Notes under the pieces: model-generated
Seen by the model: the letters and a program-made list of their open reading frames with translations, nothing else
What the model was told of the DNA's origin: nothing
Databases searched by the model: none
Shown: piece after piece, positions 38,401-51,300 of the stretch
Numbering within the stretch: position 1 is the stretch's first letter
Layout: each line of letters starts with the position of its first letter
Source of the DNA: Iphione sp. A-MEVVRFRX5
Taxonomy: Eukaryota
NCBI GenBank assembly: GCA_976226885.1
Contig: OZ320316.1
Location: forward strand, 51,336,001 to 51,400,000
Reading direction: 5' to 3'
DNA length: 64,000 nt
Translations under genes and position numbers: made by a program

Positions 38401-41400
38401 TCGGGGGCCACCACCGGTCTTGTCACCGAGCCTCGACATGGATGCTAACCGATACAACCTGCTCTTATCCCGTACGAAAGGACAGCGCCGCCCTGACGGC
38501 CACTAAGCCGACGTGGTCCCTTGGGGTCAACGGCCGCGTCTCTCCCTGATCCCCCAGCAGACAACCTCAGCGGGCTTCTTGGATTAGAACGCAATGACCA
38601 TTCCCCTGTGACGAAATGATTAAAGGGGAAACATCAGGCCATCAAGAGAGGGGCCCGTCTCCCTGTGATATCCTGACCGCGTGACACTGTCGGCGGCACG
38701 TTGAATGCCGCTTTGATTGGCTCCGACGGCGAAAGGAGAATATTGCGGCCGTCGCCCGGGCCTCTGACGGGACAATTTACGGGGCCGCTGCCTTTTTGTT
38801 ATGCCAGTTCGAGCGACGTGCTTTGGAAAGCTGTCAGTAAGAATTACTGATGTCGATGTACAGTTGATGAGTGGAGAATGCTCGCCAAGCTGATGGGCAA
38901 TCCCATCATACGCTCGTTGATTGCTCGCGGGGCTGACAAAGACGGAGGAAAATTTTGCGTTAACGCAATTCCGCTACGTTCAAAAATCACACAAAACCAT
39001 AATGGCCCGCGAATGAAGGGTGTTGATATAAAGGTTCATGCAGTTCGAACACGTCTCCATGGTCTATAACTCTCTCGCTACTTTTCACTGTGGTCCGGTG
39101 TGTTGTATTGTGGTGACATTTTAGATGAAAAATGAGACTTTAGCATTATTTCTAATAGCCTGCTATTGTGTGCGAATATGATAAAATAAGGTGGATGAGA
39201 AATAAATAATGAAGGGGAGCAATGAGGAGGCATTGGGGTCCAGGAAGAGACAGGGGAAAGACAGGCGAGAAAGCAATTATATGCGGCGGCAAACTTGTAG
39301 GTTACTGCATCAATGATGATAGCTTAGCCTGACTAGACTCGTATATCAAATCGGTGTGACTGCTATGTGGAAGGAGGATAACAGAGACAAATGCAGACTG
39401 AAGCAGGGAGCTAGGTCACCGACCGCAATCCCTTTACTGCTTCATCCGACATCAGGACTTGTCTGAAGACGCCGCCCCTTTAAAGGTCGAGGCTCTGCAT
39501 AAATCAGAGGCGTTTGTACCACCGCTAAATACGTAGCAACGTTTGATCTATCAGCTCAGCTATTTTCTAGCCCTACCCCTGCCCGCACCCCGCCCTTGTC
39601 CAGTCAGCATCTGTGGTGAGCTGGGGTGAGTGAAGCGCGGGGATCGGTTCTCTCGTTAGTCACAAGGCTGGTGCACAGTTGGTTTGTCAGGCCTTGGTGG
39701 CTAGCATATCAATGCCAGGACTAGTTCCACATGTCTCTCGCAACTTCTAATGGGCTTTACTTAGCAAAATCCCACTTAATTTAACTTTCGGCTAGAATTT
39801 GATTACTGATTGTGTTTGCCCTTCTTTTTGGATGCTATCCTATCGGATGTGTTCATGAGCATATAATGAGCAAGTTATTGGAATGTTTTTAAAATATTGT
39901 TGGTCAATTACAGGAACACTTTGTACATGGGGAAAAGTTTACTTGTGTAAAAGCACTGATTACATTTAGTAATCTAGTACACACCTCTCGTTTACTCATT
40001 ATATCGCTTTAAAATGTAGGCCTTAAAGACGTCATACATTTAAACCAGTATATGAATGCTTATCCTATGCAGACATATATCAAAGTGTAAAGTGATGTGC
40101 CTAGCCACTATGCGACGACGGCCACTCCTTGGCCTACGCGTTCTGGCGGTCCTTGGAGAGAGTATATTCGTGTGATATTGATAGCTCTCCACCGCCACTG
40201 GCAGGGCTCCCGCAGGATCCAGGCCGCCAGCGGGGCAACATCCATTACTGGGTGTCGACCGCATTGGCCACTGCTGCTGATCACGGAGCGGGTAAGGGCC
40301 TGCCTTCCTGGACATCCATTTCTCGGTGTGCATCCACCATACTGCGGCCAACTCAGCTGTTGAACGGAATACGTTATAACTAGTACTGTCGATATTCTCA
40401 GAGCAAAGAGCGAGACGAGCTCACACCTGGGATCACATCTATGTTAAAATGAACAAATATGGTATCCAGTGTGCTGCCCATTCGTCATTCATCAATAATC
40501 GAATGGAAGCATCTAGCGATACTATGTGTGTGTGCGAGCGCGTGTGTGTGTACAGATTCCTGCGGGAATACATGATTGTTCGTATTCTCGTAGGCTCTAA
40601 AGCCTATTAAAAGAAAATGAAGGAGGACAAAGACGTTTGCATAAACTTAACAATTTTCTCTGGAATGAAATCTTTAAATTTATTCTGTACTTTGCCATAT
40701 CATTCTGGTGACGCGGGTAAAATTACTTGTTCAACGTAAAAGATACAATTTTCATATCGATTTTCTATATTGACCTTAATACATAAGGCAAATATGCATT
40801 GGTCGATCTGCTTGGACTAGCAATCATTTGTAAACGAGAGCGTTGAATTACTCTCCATTTTGGTCTCGATGCATATCGTACTAGATGTATTCAGCAGAGA
40901 GCCAGACAGTCGCCTGATTTGCACATTTGATCAAGCATACGCCACCCGAGACGATCTATTGGCACTTCCAGGATGTTGACAATCGTAATTATTGCTGACT
41001 CATTGAACTGATGCTTGGATCGGTTTGGTCTGAACGATGGCTTGTTCCATGCAGCATAGGTCTCCTGAATCGGAACAATGGCCTGCGCTCATGTCCCGCT
41101 AGGCAATCGATCAAACGGTGGTGAACGAGCCTCATCGGCAAGGTAAACCGCAAGCATCGAACGACATTTAAAAGTCGTCCGCCTTCCCAAAACTGCTACA
41201 CTCAGAGGCGCCACCCTCCCCCAATAGCCGGGTTGGTCACAGTTTCCAAGCGACAAACCTGGCCTGCCAATTAGAGGGCAATTACTCGAGTGCAGGCTTA
41301 GCGTAAACATGATAATAAGTCGGATCTATACCGATTCGTCCTTACTGAACTCCCGCCAACGTAAACTCAGTGCCAGCCTGCTCTGCCTTTTTTGTTGGAC

Positions 41401-41718
41401 TGTTTTGATTTTCATGCGATAAGGGCTAGAAGGAGGGCGGCTATTGTTAGGGTAGTTTGGGATAGTATCAAAACCATTTAGAATGTATTACGATCAATTT
41501 CCTATCATTTCATGTGCCTTTTAGGCAACAGGGTATGCGGTTAAATGAGGTCAGTGGTGAGGGTAGAGCACGGGAAGAGATAGAGATAGAGAGAAACATC
41601 AAATACGCAGAAATTGAGAGGCAGGAACTGAGAAATAGAAAGCAGAGTGAAGGACAAAGATGGAGAAATCGAGATAGTAAATATACTTTACCATGAAAGA
41701 AGACAATGCACGTATCTA

Positions 41719-42151
41719 CAGTCAATACTCAAAAACCAAACACTCAGAAACCAATATATCCAAAATATCCCAAAATGTGACTGTGATGAACAGTATTCCA
41801 CGGTTGAAATACCGAACATTTACATCCAAAACCCGAAAGATTTTCAGATGAATTTGGCTTATTTCTGCCAGTTTTCAGACAAATTTGGCTTATTTTGCCG
41901 ATATTTGGTCAAATTTGGCTGAATATTGCTGACATTTGGAAGAATTTGGCTTAGTTTTGCCAATTTTCAGACGAATTTGCCCAATTCTTGCTGAATTTTG
42001 GATGATTTTGTAGTGAAAATACACAAATAGACACCAAACACACATTAAACTATGGAGAGTACGCGGAAAAGTGAAAATTAGAAATCCAAAAATATAACAT
42101 CTGAACAATTTTAGCTGAAACAGCCAGTATTCAGTTCTGGAGATTCGACTG
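41719..42151. mobile_element. Tc1/mariner(pogo)-like MITE, 433 bp
   Basis: Flanked by TA on both sides (41717-41718, 42152-42153). Degenerate TIRs cagtcaatactcaaaaaccaaacact vs cagtcgaatctccagaactgaatact (17/26 by eye). No ORF. Confidence 0.6.
41843..42005. repeat. About 31-bp minisatellite inside the MITE
   Basis: Core aatttggc/aatttgcc at 41851, 41882, 41912, 41943, 41974. Confidence 0.8.
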
Positions 42152-44749
42152 TATATGTCAAGGGATCCAGAGAACACATGCTTAACGTTCCATGGATGCC
42201 ATATTTTAAAGAAAGATCACTTCAATATAAACCCATACAGTGCTCAAACATATCTATATATACATGTAGTATATTTTGAAGCTGGTACTATATTGATCAA
42301 GTAGGACCTTGTAATGGGTTCGGACAACTTCTGATTAGTGCAGAAAAATAACAGCGATTCAACGAGATAAAGATACTGTTTGAGGCTGTTGGAACTGATC
42401 ATGTCACATTTTACTAGTAGAGCGTGACCCAAATAGTGCTGGTAGTATAATGACACTGGATCAAGGTAGGGGGAAATCGAGCGTATTGATGCGTACCGGC
42501 CTTTGTTTTCTGAGTTAAGCATCGACTTTTACTTCGGCCAGTTTCAACAAGGATGGGGACGTACTGGAGAGTTGTGGTCCACAGTAGGCTGTATGCATCG
42601 TTGGAACCTGCTGATTTGAGCCCCGCCCCCCTACCCGACGAGAATTCTGAAGGTCATTGATCTAACCGCCTGTTGTCTTGAGATCAAAGAGTGATCTTGA
42701 CCTAAATACGACCATTCAGACTTGACAACCTTCGACAGCATTCGTAGTCTCGGCGACAGAGAACGTCCATCTTAGTGATTTGCAAGGTCCAAGCGGAAGG
42801 GTGGATTCTCCAGTAATGACACGTCAAATGGATCATCAAAAAGCATGTTCAGATCCTAATTTATCCGAGCTTCCTCATTTTGTCCGTGGAAGTTGAAACA
42901 AAGCAGACCTTCAGCCAACATAATTTCGTGCTGTCGTAAACAAGGGGTATTATGGGTGCAGAGTTTTGAATAGGCGTCAAATACTGGCCCATGTGACTAT
43001 TCAAGTAGACCTGACAAATCACATGCCATTCCAGAAGTGGCGTGCAAGGTGAGGCTAAAACTGGCCCTCGTAATTGCCCCTCACGTGTGTGCCTTGAACG
43101 CTTGCTCCTCCACCTTATCCGGGCAGCCCCTCAAGTTCCACATGCTGGCAACGACCTCGTGTGTTTACTTGGTGTCGTTGTGATGATTATGCGCCACTCC
43201 AGTTCGCCCTCTCTTATCCGAGAAGGGGGACAATGGGCACGTTACACAATTGGTGTATGCATCAAGAGCAAAAATAGCTGAAATAGGTTCGAGTCCGTGG
43301 AACACAAACTCAGTGTATTCCATGGACGTCTTCGAAGGTCCTTAAAGCTGGGTGGATGAAACAAAGACAAATGGCGGCTTGTCTTTTTTATTCCTTGTAG
43401 AGACCTCCAAGCAAGGGCAGACGAATGGTCGAGACCCGATGCAACGGGTAATGGCCCGCGTCATGTGACAAGCACAGGTAATTTGATTGGTTCTCAACAG
43501 CAGTTATCAGAAGCGACCCAGGAGGCGTTCTCCAGGCGGATATTACTCCAGGGCGTCTGAGTCACGCCTACCGCCTGTACTCCTTCTACCACCAATAACA
43601 TGGCTACCGGGCAAACCAAGCTCACGCCGGTCGTGTCTCGAAATCCTCTTTTTTCCTCCCTTTTTCCTTTGGGGATGGGAAACGGGTGAGAGAAAAAAAT
43701 GCCTCCCGCTGATTTTGCGGAATTAGTTTCGTCAGCAAAATCAGCCGCGTGGAATGGGCACAAAAAAAGTCCCACTTTGATTGGCGCGGTTACATCGATA
43801 AGGAACGATGTATGCAGCATCTTTGCCCATATATAAGTGACTGCGGGAAGGTATGCGTGCCTCTGAACGGTGTGCCCGGAGGTGTGTAAGGGTGCTGAAG
43901 TTGCCCTGGAGGGGTGGTCGATGATGCACTGTAAGGAATGGGCGTATCAGATTATTGCAGGTAGGCCTAATTTATTTATGGCAAGCACCGCTCTGCCGTT
44001 GTTTGGTCCTGTGCGGTCGAATTTATCCAGAGCCATGACATGGATGAAAAAAGGGCTTGCTGGAAGGAACTCCGTGGAGGATTTCGACAGGAGCCCCGTG
44101 AGAAGACTAGCCAGTTGGGGAGACGGGGGTTGAACGATAGGCCTCTACCGTGGCTCAATGAGGTTCGGTGCAAACAAACTCGGCGGGCACGAGAGGCCGA
44201 CGACTTGTACCCGAGCGACCCGGGAGTGAATCGGGGGAGTAATATCCTCCTTGTTGGCCTCCTCCCCGGCCCCTTTGCCGCTGCCCCAGTGGCCAATTTA
44301 AAGCGATATTCGGCGGAGAGCAAAGTCATTACACGCCGAATAATCGCGACTGAGATGAAGAGGCGACGTCCGGAGGAAGGGAAGGGCACGGCGGAAGGGG
44401 TTTCCTCACGCCTGAACTGCTCGTCGGACATTTTGTCGTGGGTCCAAAAAAAGCAGCAATGCTGAAAGGCAGCACTTTCCGCCACATTGAAGTGACGTTT
44501 ACAAGTTTAACCTTCGTCTGGCAAACGGCTGCACCAAACACGATAAACTTAACCTATGTCAAGTCGAAGATAAAATAATCGATCTCCTCCTGAAGGTGTA
44601 AATCATGTTATGCTAGTTCATGAAGAACAACTGGAAGTGAAAGCAATTGGGGAGCGTTGATAAACCCCATAAACCAAAAAGTATGACCCTGCGTAAACAA
44701 TAAAAGGCGGATATCCCCTTTCCAAGTACTGCCGCCATTAGAGGAAAAT

Positions 44750-45234
44750 TCTACGGGTCCTGTGACGTAGGTGGCAGCACTGTGCCTTCTTTCAATCAGC
44801 AGCAGCCGTGGCGGCGGCGGTGGTGGCGGCAGCGGTGGCGATGGTGGTGGTAGTCGGAGTCGGAGGAGGAGGAGGAATAGGAGGAGAAGGCTTCGGTTAG
44901 GGTGCGGCCCGGCGCGTCATTTCTCCGCGTGCGTGCATCAGCTGCGGACAACCCCGGACGCGCGGAGCGTGAGGCGTTTACACGGGCTGGCTACGTCTGG
45001 TTAGTGTCACGAGTAAGGATCTCAACCCCCCTACCCCTCCTGTAAAAAGTGGCCAGTGTAAACAATTACGCTGTCTACTGGCAACTCTGGTCACTTCAAC
45101 TCGTTCAAGAGAGTACGGCTGTGACTCGCGGATCGTTATTAAGGTGTGTGTAGCATCAACGGACTCGCAGGCATAGGGACATTTTCTTCTGGAACTTCCC
45201 GAGTCAGTTGTCACAGCGACTGCCTGGACCCAGC
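44750..45234 (+). promoter_or_regulatory. CpG-rich promoter / 5' leader of gene 2 with (GGC/GGT)n and (GGA)n repeats
   Basis: GC/CpG-rich stretch with a CRE-like tgacgta near 44763 and trinucleotide repeats at 44808-44890, directly upstream of the ATG at 45235. No TATA box seen. Confidence 0.5.
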
Positions 45235-45361
45235 ATGGATAAGTTAGCAGTTCGCCGGCATCTGTGGCTGCGCTTGCCGACATGGCGAAAGTACCTCTTC
45301 GGAATAATCTTCTTCTCACTGCAACTTTTGAGACGCGCATCACCAGAGGAAGACACTTCAA
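45235..45361 (+). CDS. Gene 2 first coding exon, signal peptide (127 nt, phase 1)
   Basis: agcATGg start; MDKLAVRRHLWLRLPTWRKYLFGIIFFSLQLLRRASPEEDTS has a basic n-region and hydrophobic LFGIIFFSLQLL core. Donor TCA A|gtcagt; A+CT gives Thr in frame with the SUEL exon. This frame is not in the supplied ORF track. Confidence 0.75.
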
Positions 45362-48300
45362 GTCAGTATTTTATTACTACAAACTAAACTATTTCGTTAT
45401 CAGTATCTGTATAAATACCCTAGAAAATGGTGTCGCGAGTTTCGACGTGGAGTTGTCAGTTTTTACTACTGGGGTATTCTTTGTTTAAAGAAAGGGCAAA
45501 GTGCATGTGCTTGAACGTGTATACACTTTGCGTGGTTTTCTTCCGAACTTTCAACTCCGGCTTTTATTCAAGTCAGCAGAATTTGCCTTCAGTCAGCATT
45601 TTCCAAACATTACTCAGTGAACAATCTTGACCTAAAAGAAAGAAATACATGTACATTGTTAGAGCTTTATTAGGTTAACATCTGGTATTGTACTATTTGT
45701 CCTTCAAAACTCCTTGGATGACGAGTGGAAAGTGTACATATACGCCTTAGAGTCCCAGCCGCTCGTAATGGAGACCTGGCATCAAGTTTATCTGCTCTTG
45801 GGTTGTCTGCGAGAGGCAGTGGCTGGTTGTGCGCGTAGGCAGTGGCATGGGGGCTGCTCGGGCAGTGGCCCGGTGGCATGAGCAGCTCGCTTGGTTAGGC
45901 AGACTAGCAGGTAGTAGCGAGGTAGTGGGCAGCTGAGGGTGGTAATGGTGGTGGTCGGGAGGGTATGGGATCCCCCAGAGTCAGTAGTGATCTATAGCTA
46001 CTAGAGCGCCGGAGGAAATGCACTGCCTCCAAGGAAAGGGTATAGGGTAAAGCCCCGCCATCGCTATATATATATTGTATCGGAGAAGGGTGAAGGCAGG
46101 CGTTGAATGATCTGTTTGTTGAATGCTATTCTCATATATGGCACCTTTCAAGCAGTTACACTCCTTTACTCCCATTCCCAGCGATATAAGAGAACGACAA
46201 AAGCACATACACACAGATGGCGTGATTGGTGAACGCTTGGGCAGATACATTCAGTCAGCTTTCAGTCCAGCTTCACTTGTCTGATTTTGAAAGATGGATG
46301 GCCGCGGTCTTTCGCGGACTAAGGATCTCCTTTCCTTTCGATGAATCTGATATAACAGAGCCTCACCCATGAGGGTGGTGTGAAGGTTGCGATGGAGATG
46401 GGGCGTCGAAGCACGGCCACTGGAGTACGTAAGCACCACTGTACTCACCGGCTGAGGCAGCCAGTGGGCGGGGGATACTCGACAGGTGCTCCGCTCTCTT
46501 GTAGCTCAGGGGGTGGGGATGCTGTAAACACTGTAGAATGCGCTCTGCAGGTCGGGATGCGCGGAGTGAATGGGGCAGTGGCGTCTGTTTCTGGCTTCCA
46601 CTGGCGTCACGGATCCAGGCAAGAACGAACCACAACATTGCCCTCTGAGCGCACCCACCTTCCCACCCATCTACCCTTCGGCATCCCCTGGCCAACTCAG
46701 GCCTTCTCCCCTCCACCTCCACCCCCTCCATGGCACAACTCTTTACGCACTCATATGGTGGCTACACCCATCTCCAGTCGGTCGGTGTAGGTGCCTCCCG
46801 TTCTTTGCATTCCGGTTCCAATCTTGCAGCCCTCCTATGAGTTGCTCACTCGCGCGCTCATCCAGCTGCTCCAAACTACGCCATACCATGCTAGTAGACT
46901 CCTCCTGGCGCCGCCCTAAAAGAACTTCCGGGCGAGGAACAGCAGCGCACCAATCTTTTTAAAGAAACCACCAGTCCGTTTGAGTAACACCTAAAGCATT
47001 TTAAAAGATAGGGATCCATAAAACCCTTCCGCCAGCAATAGATACTTTGTGATCTGCCTTGAAACCAAACAAAACTGTAAATTTCATCGGAGACCTTTTT
47101 TTATGTTCGTAACATACACTGCTCAGAACTAGTCATAGCTTTTAGAGGACGGCCACATCAGGCGATTCGAGCGGTCCTTTCATTGGCGTGAATAGCCGGC
47201 GTCGTGGATGGTGGAGCAGCTCACTTGGACTGCAAGGTGTTGAGGCCTAACCCCAAGTCAACGGTTTGAATATTTCAGATGATTTGATGGTATTATCTCG
47301 CCGTCCTCGACACTCTTCGGCGAGCATAAATATTTGACGCGTACAATCTGTTGGTGCGCAAGCGTGGCAGGCGTCATATCGACAGGGTCAATCCATCACG
47401 TCTCTGGGTGGCGCCATTAGCCTCGTCCAGCTGCCCGCGAGCGGGCAGTATCTGGTGTAATATAAGCTACTCTGCCTGTAATTACCCTCATATGGGCCGT
47501 CATGGGCAAACATGACATCAGGGAGGTAGAGTGAGAGCACTGGCCGGCTGAAGGGACACGTGAATCTCCATACGACTCGCTGGACACCTATCGGCAACTA
47601 TGTATGATACATGTACATACAAGACAGCGACAAAGTATCCATGTGGTAATTTATATGTGCGTAAATAGATACTAAAAGGATGATGGTCATTTTTATGATT
47701 TTACTTTAAGCATGGTATTATACACTTTATACATTCGTACAACTGAGGTCCGAGGATACTAAAATTGTAAGAAATTGTGAAATATCCTGAACTGACTAAT
47801 GAAACCTAATAATGCTTGTAAATACAAGTGATGAATTCTATAGGCAAGAGCTGAAGTAAGAATGCACATAAACACCCCAAACGTGTAGGATATGCGTGTT
47901 GAATAATAGATACCCAGAAGATGGGCACTTACTGGAAATGTTATTGATCACCCATCTTTTAATGTCTACAAAATTATGCCAGAAAAAAGTGAGCCCCTGG
48001 TAGGATTTTCCTACATCTAATTGGCCCTGGGTGGACGATGACGAGTTACACATTAGGGCAATGATAGGAGGCTAGTGACATAGCCACACATGGTAGGGCA
48101 CCCGCATTATTGCCCCTGCATAATGTATGGCTAATTATTTTCTCCTCGGTTGCATCGCTTGGGTGACCACTTCCAGAAAGGCATCAATTAAACATGGATA
48201 ATATCGTCCATCACACCATCCGACGCTGGAGTGAAGTCAATGTCAGCAGACATGTTCGCCATGGAGATCCACACAAAGGTAATACATGCTGAATGGACGG

Positions 48301-51300
48301 GTGCAGCATCGGTGAAGTAGGACTTGTGCTAACACAAGGTCGAATGATTGCACATTGTACAAGGACCTTCTTTCTTATTAATGGCAACAGGATGGTGTAC
48401 GTAAACACTTTCCAGTGCTATTCTGATATGGTACAATGGAACTTTAGCCATAACAACTGAACTAGCTGAAATATGGCGGACTACATACCATACCACGTTC
48501 GATATTGCCGCATACACGTAATGCGATTTATTGTCTACTGTTTCCCGGGAAGTTTTTCAACCTGGTTAAAAGTAGTCGCATTATTGGAGGCATTCAAACA
48601 GAGATAGGCAACCAGGCAAAGTTTCCATTTGAATGCATGGATTTTGTAACCAATAGACCGTATTTCCCATTTGTTGTATTATCAAGGCGTGTGTTTTTGC
48701 AGCTGGTTCGACATCTGTCGGTAAAACACCTATCATAATACACGCTGGCCCAGGAGTGCCTAGTTCCTCTAATCTTACTTATGAATAATCCGTTTGATCG
48801 CGATTGCCTCTTGTCTTGAAGGCGGCAGAGTGTGTTTTTTTACTGGAGCTCATATTTTCAAACGGATAAAGACATCCCCAGAAAAAGGTCTTTCACGGGG
48901 GTAGGGCCAAGATCCAAGGAAGGCTCTGATCATTTATTTTTCCTCCGCCTATGCGGACAGCCTTGCGCGTGTGATCATCAAAACGTGCGTTAGTTGCGGA
49001 AGGATTATGTCTGGCTTGCAAAATCTTCCATTAAGATATTAAGCATTGGCACCCTTTAAAAGAGGCGTTCTTGATGGTCTCATTTTTATCGGAGCAGATC
49101 TTCATAATCGGCAACGTGGTATTTTTACGGGCAGGCCCCTTGAGATATGAACTCTACTTTCAGAACCCACCACACCCTCTTGTAAAATACGTTATTACGT
49201 GTACTCATCGCTTGAAAAGAAAATCCCAAACCATGATTTATCTCTATGGACATATATATTGAGGTATTTTAGTGTTGATCACTTTTAGTGATCAAACAAT
49301 GACGCTTTGAAAAAAATATCACCATACTCACTACCCAGATGTCAGTTCTCAACACTATTTCACCTGCCAGATATGCAACTTAATATGTTGTAGTTACTGA
49401 ATACACTAATGAATCAGTATCTCCTAAACTTAATGCTTTCTAGCAAGTCCCATACTACGTCTTGCTCGAAAATTGGTTTTCTCGCGTTACACCAATGTAA
49501 ACAATATTGTAGCCTTGCTGTCATGTACACGCACCATATCCCCTGTCATGGTTGGACACTTTCTGCCTTGCTGGCGCATAAATTTCTTATCGTCCTGTCT
49601 GCATAAAAACACCCATCAGACACGTATTGCATCTTATGCCTTCACCACCAATCGATCATCTCATCACACCCAGAAGTGACAAGGTGGTGGCCATTGCCCA
49701 CTTTGCGACCCCTGGTCATCTCCACTTTCCTCACCTCTTCCCCCTTCCCAAAGTCGCGACTAGTCTGGCGGCAGTAAAACGAACCCTCGAGGAGGAGAAG
49801 GAGGAGATCGACTCCTTGGTGTCCGCGGACTTGTTCTGTCGCTCGCCTGACATGGCTCGACGGCGGTAATTTCAATTAGCGAAGATTAACACCTCCGGTC
49901 TGGGTCCATCCGACTCCACGGCTGACAGGTGAGCTATTCGCAGGCACGATGGCGAGACAGGCGGACCCAGCAACAGGAGTCGGCAGTCGGTGGCGGTCGG
50001 TGGCAGGGGTGGGTGATATTAAGAGACGTGAGCGGTGACAACGCCCCTCATCCATGACAGGCGATTAAAGACGCTCTTGATAGGTGGCGCCCCGGGGGTT
50101 AGGGCAAGTCAAGAGATCTTTCGGTCGACGTCAAAGCCGCCACTCTGACGTGTCTCGAACCGAACTCTCTGACCTTCCAGGTTTATCAACTGGTTTGTTT
50201 TGCACCACTGACGAAACGACGCCCTTCAACATCGTCGCCGTGATCACCACCGTCTTCATACCAAGGACTGGATTCTTGCCTTTCAGATATAAAAAGATCC
50301 AGTAGCAGCCTTATCGAATCCCTCGGGCTTCTTCTTAATTGAGCTATACTTATCTGGTAGGTAAGAAGGTGCAAAGGCTTGTTACTAGGAAACTTGATCA
50401 GCTTCTAATTGTGCACCAGCTCAGATGATTATCTGAAAAGCTATACATGCCAATCAAGACTCAATTTTCGGAACTATCGCCCCCGCCATAATAACAGCTA
50501 CATATGTATTCTGATACTTGTCCCACATATTCCATGCCATTGATTAATGAGGAAAAGAGACTCTGAACACTCAAGAGATTAATCAATATTTCAAGATAAT
50601 GAGACAGAGTTTCCCTATATAGGCCAGCAGCATATTGAAATTTTCTTGCATATACATATACAATAGAAAAGTTCTAGAAATACATTGTCCAATTGTTTTT
50701 TTATCTAATTCTCATGTCGATTATTATAGAGACAGTCCTGGAAACTGTCTGGTCATGCTGGTAGACAGGGAACACCACCCCTGCCAGAGGGAAATAGAGG
50801 GCGGGTTAGCCCGTTTGACTGTGAATCTGTACCAATGGCTGTAACCAATGCCTATTGGGAAAGGGCCATTTATCCCGTCAACGATTCCCTGGGAATTATA
50901 GGCATACATTAGCCGTTGAATTTCCGGTCCTGCGCGGTGACTTGAGGGAGAACGCTGGGTGCTATTTCATAAATGATTTTATCTTTCCGCTCAGGTTGCC
51001 ACGGAATCCCTCTCACTGCACGCAAAATTAGATTTAACAGCTATGATTTTGTGAACCGTCGCCACTGGCTAGGCTACCATTACTTCAGCCCTGTCGAAAA
51101 CAATTACCAGAGCCGGCCAGCGGCCAGTCAATACCGCTTTTGTTCCGTCACCGCATCTCATTCTGACCGACTTCACTTTCGGTGATATTTTCGCCTCTTC
51201 CCGGCTTCTTTCTATTTTAACGCCCTCACTTGGTTCCATCTCGTTGCCATGGCTCACTGGAATGTGACGGGATTAATTGTCGTCTGCTAGCGGCGTTTGG

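Noticed and set aside
42520-42960. Semi-open minus-strand frame with LCFNF resembling a gag zinc knuckle
   Set aside because: The rest of the Cys/His pattern is absent and no pol remnant is adjacent.
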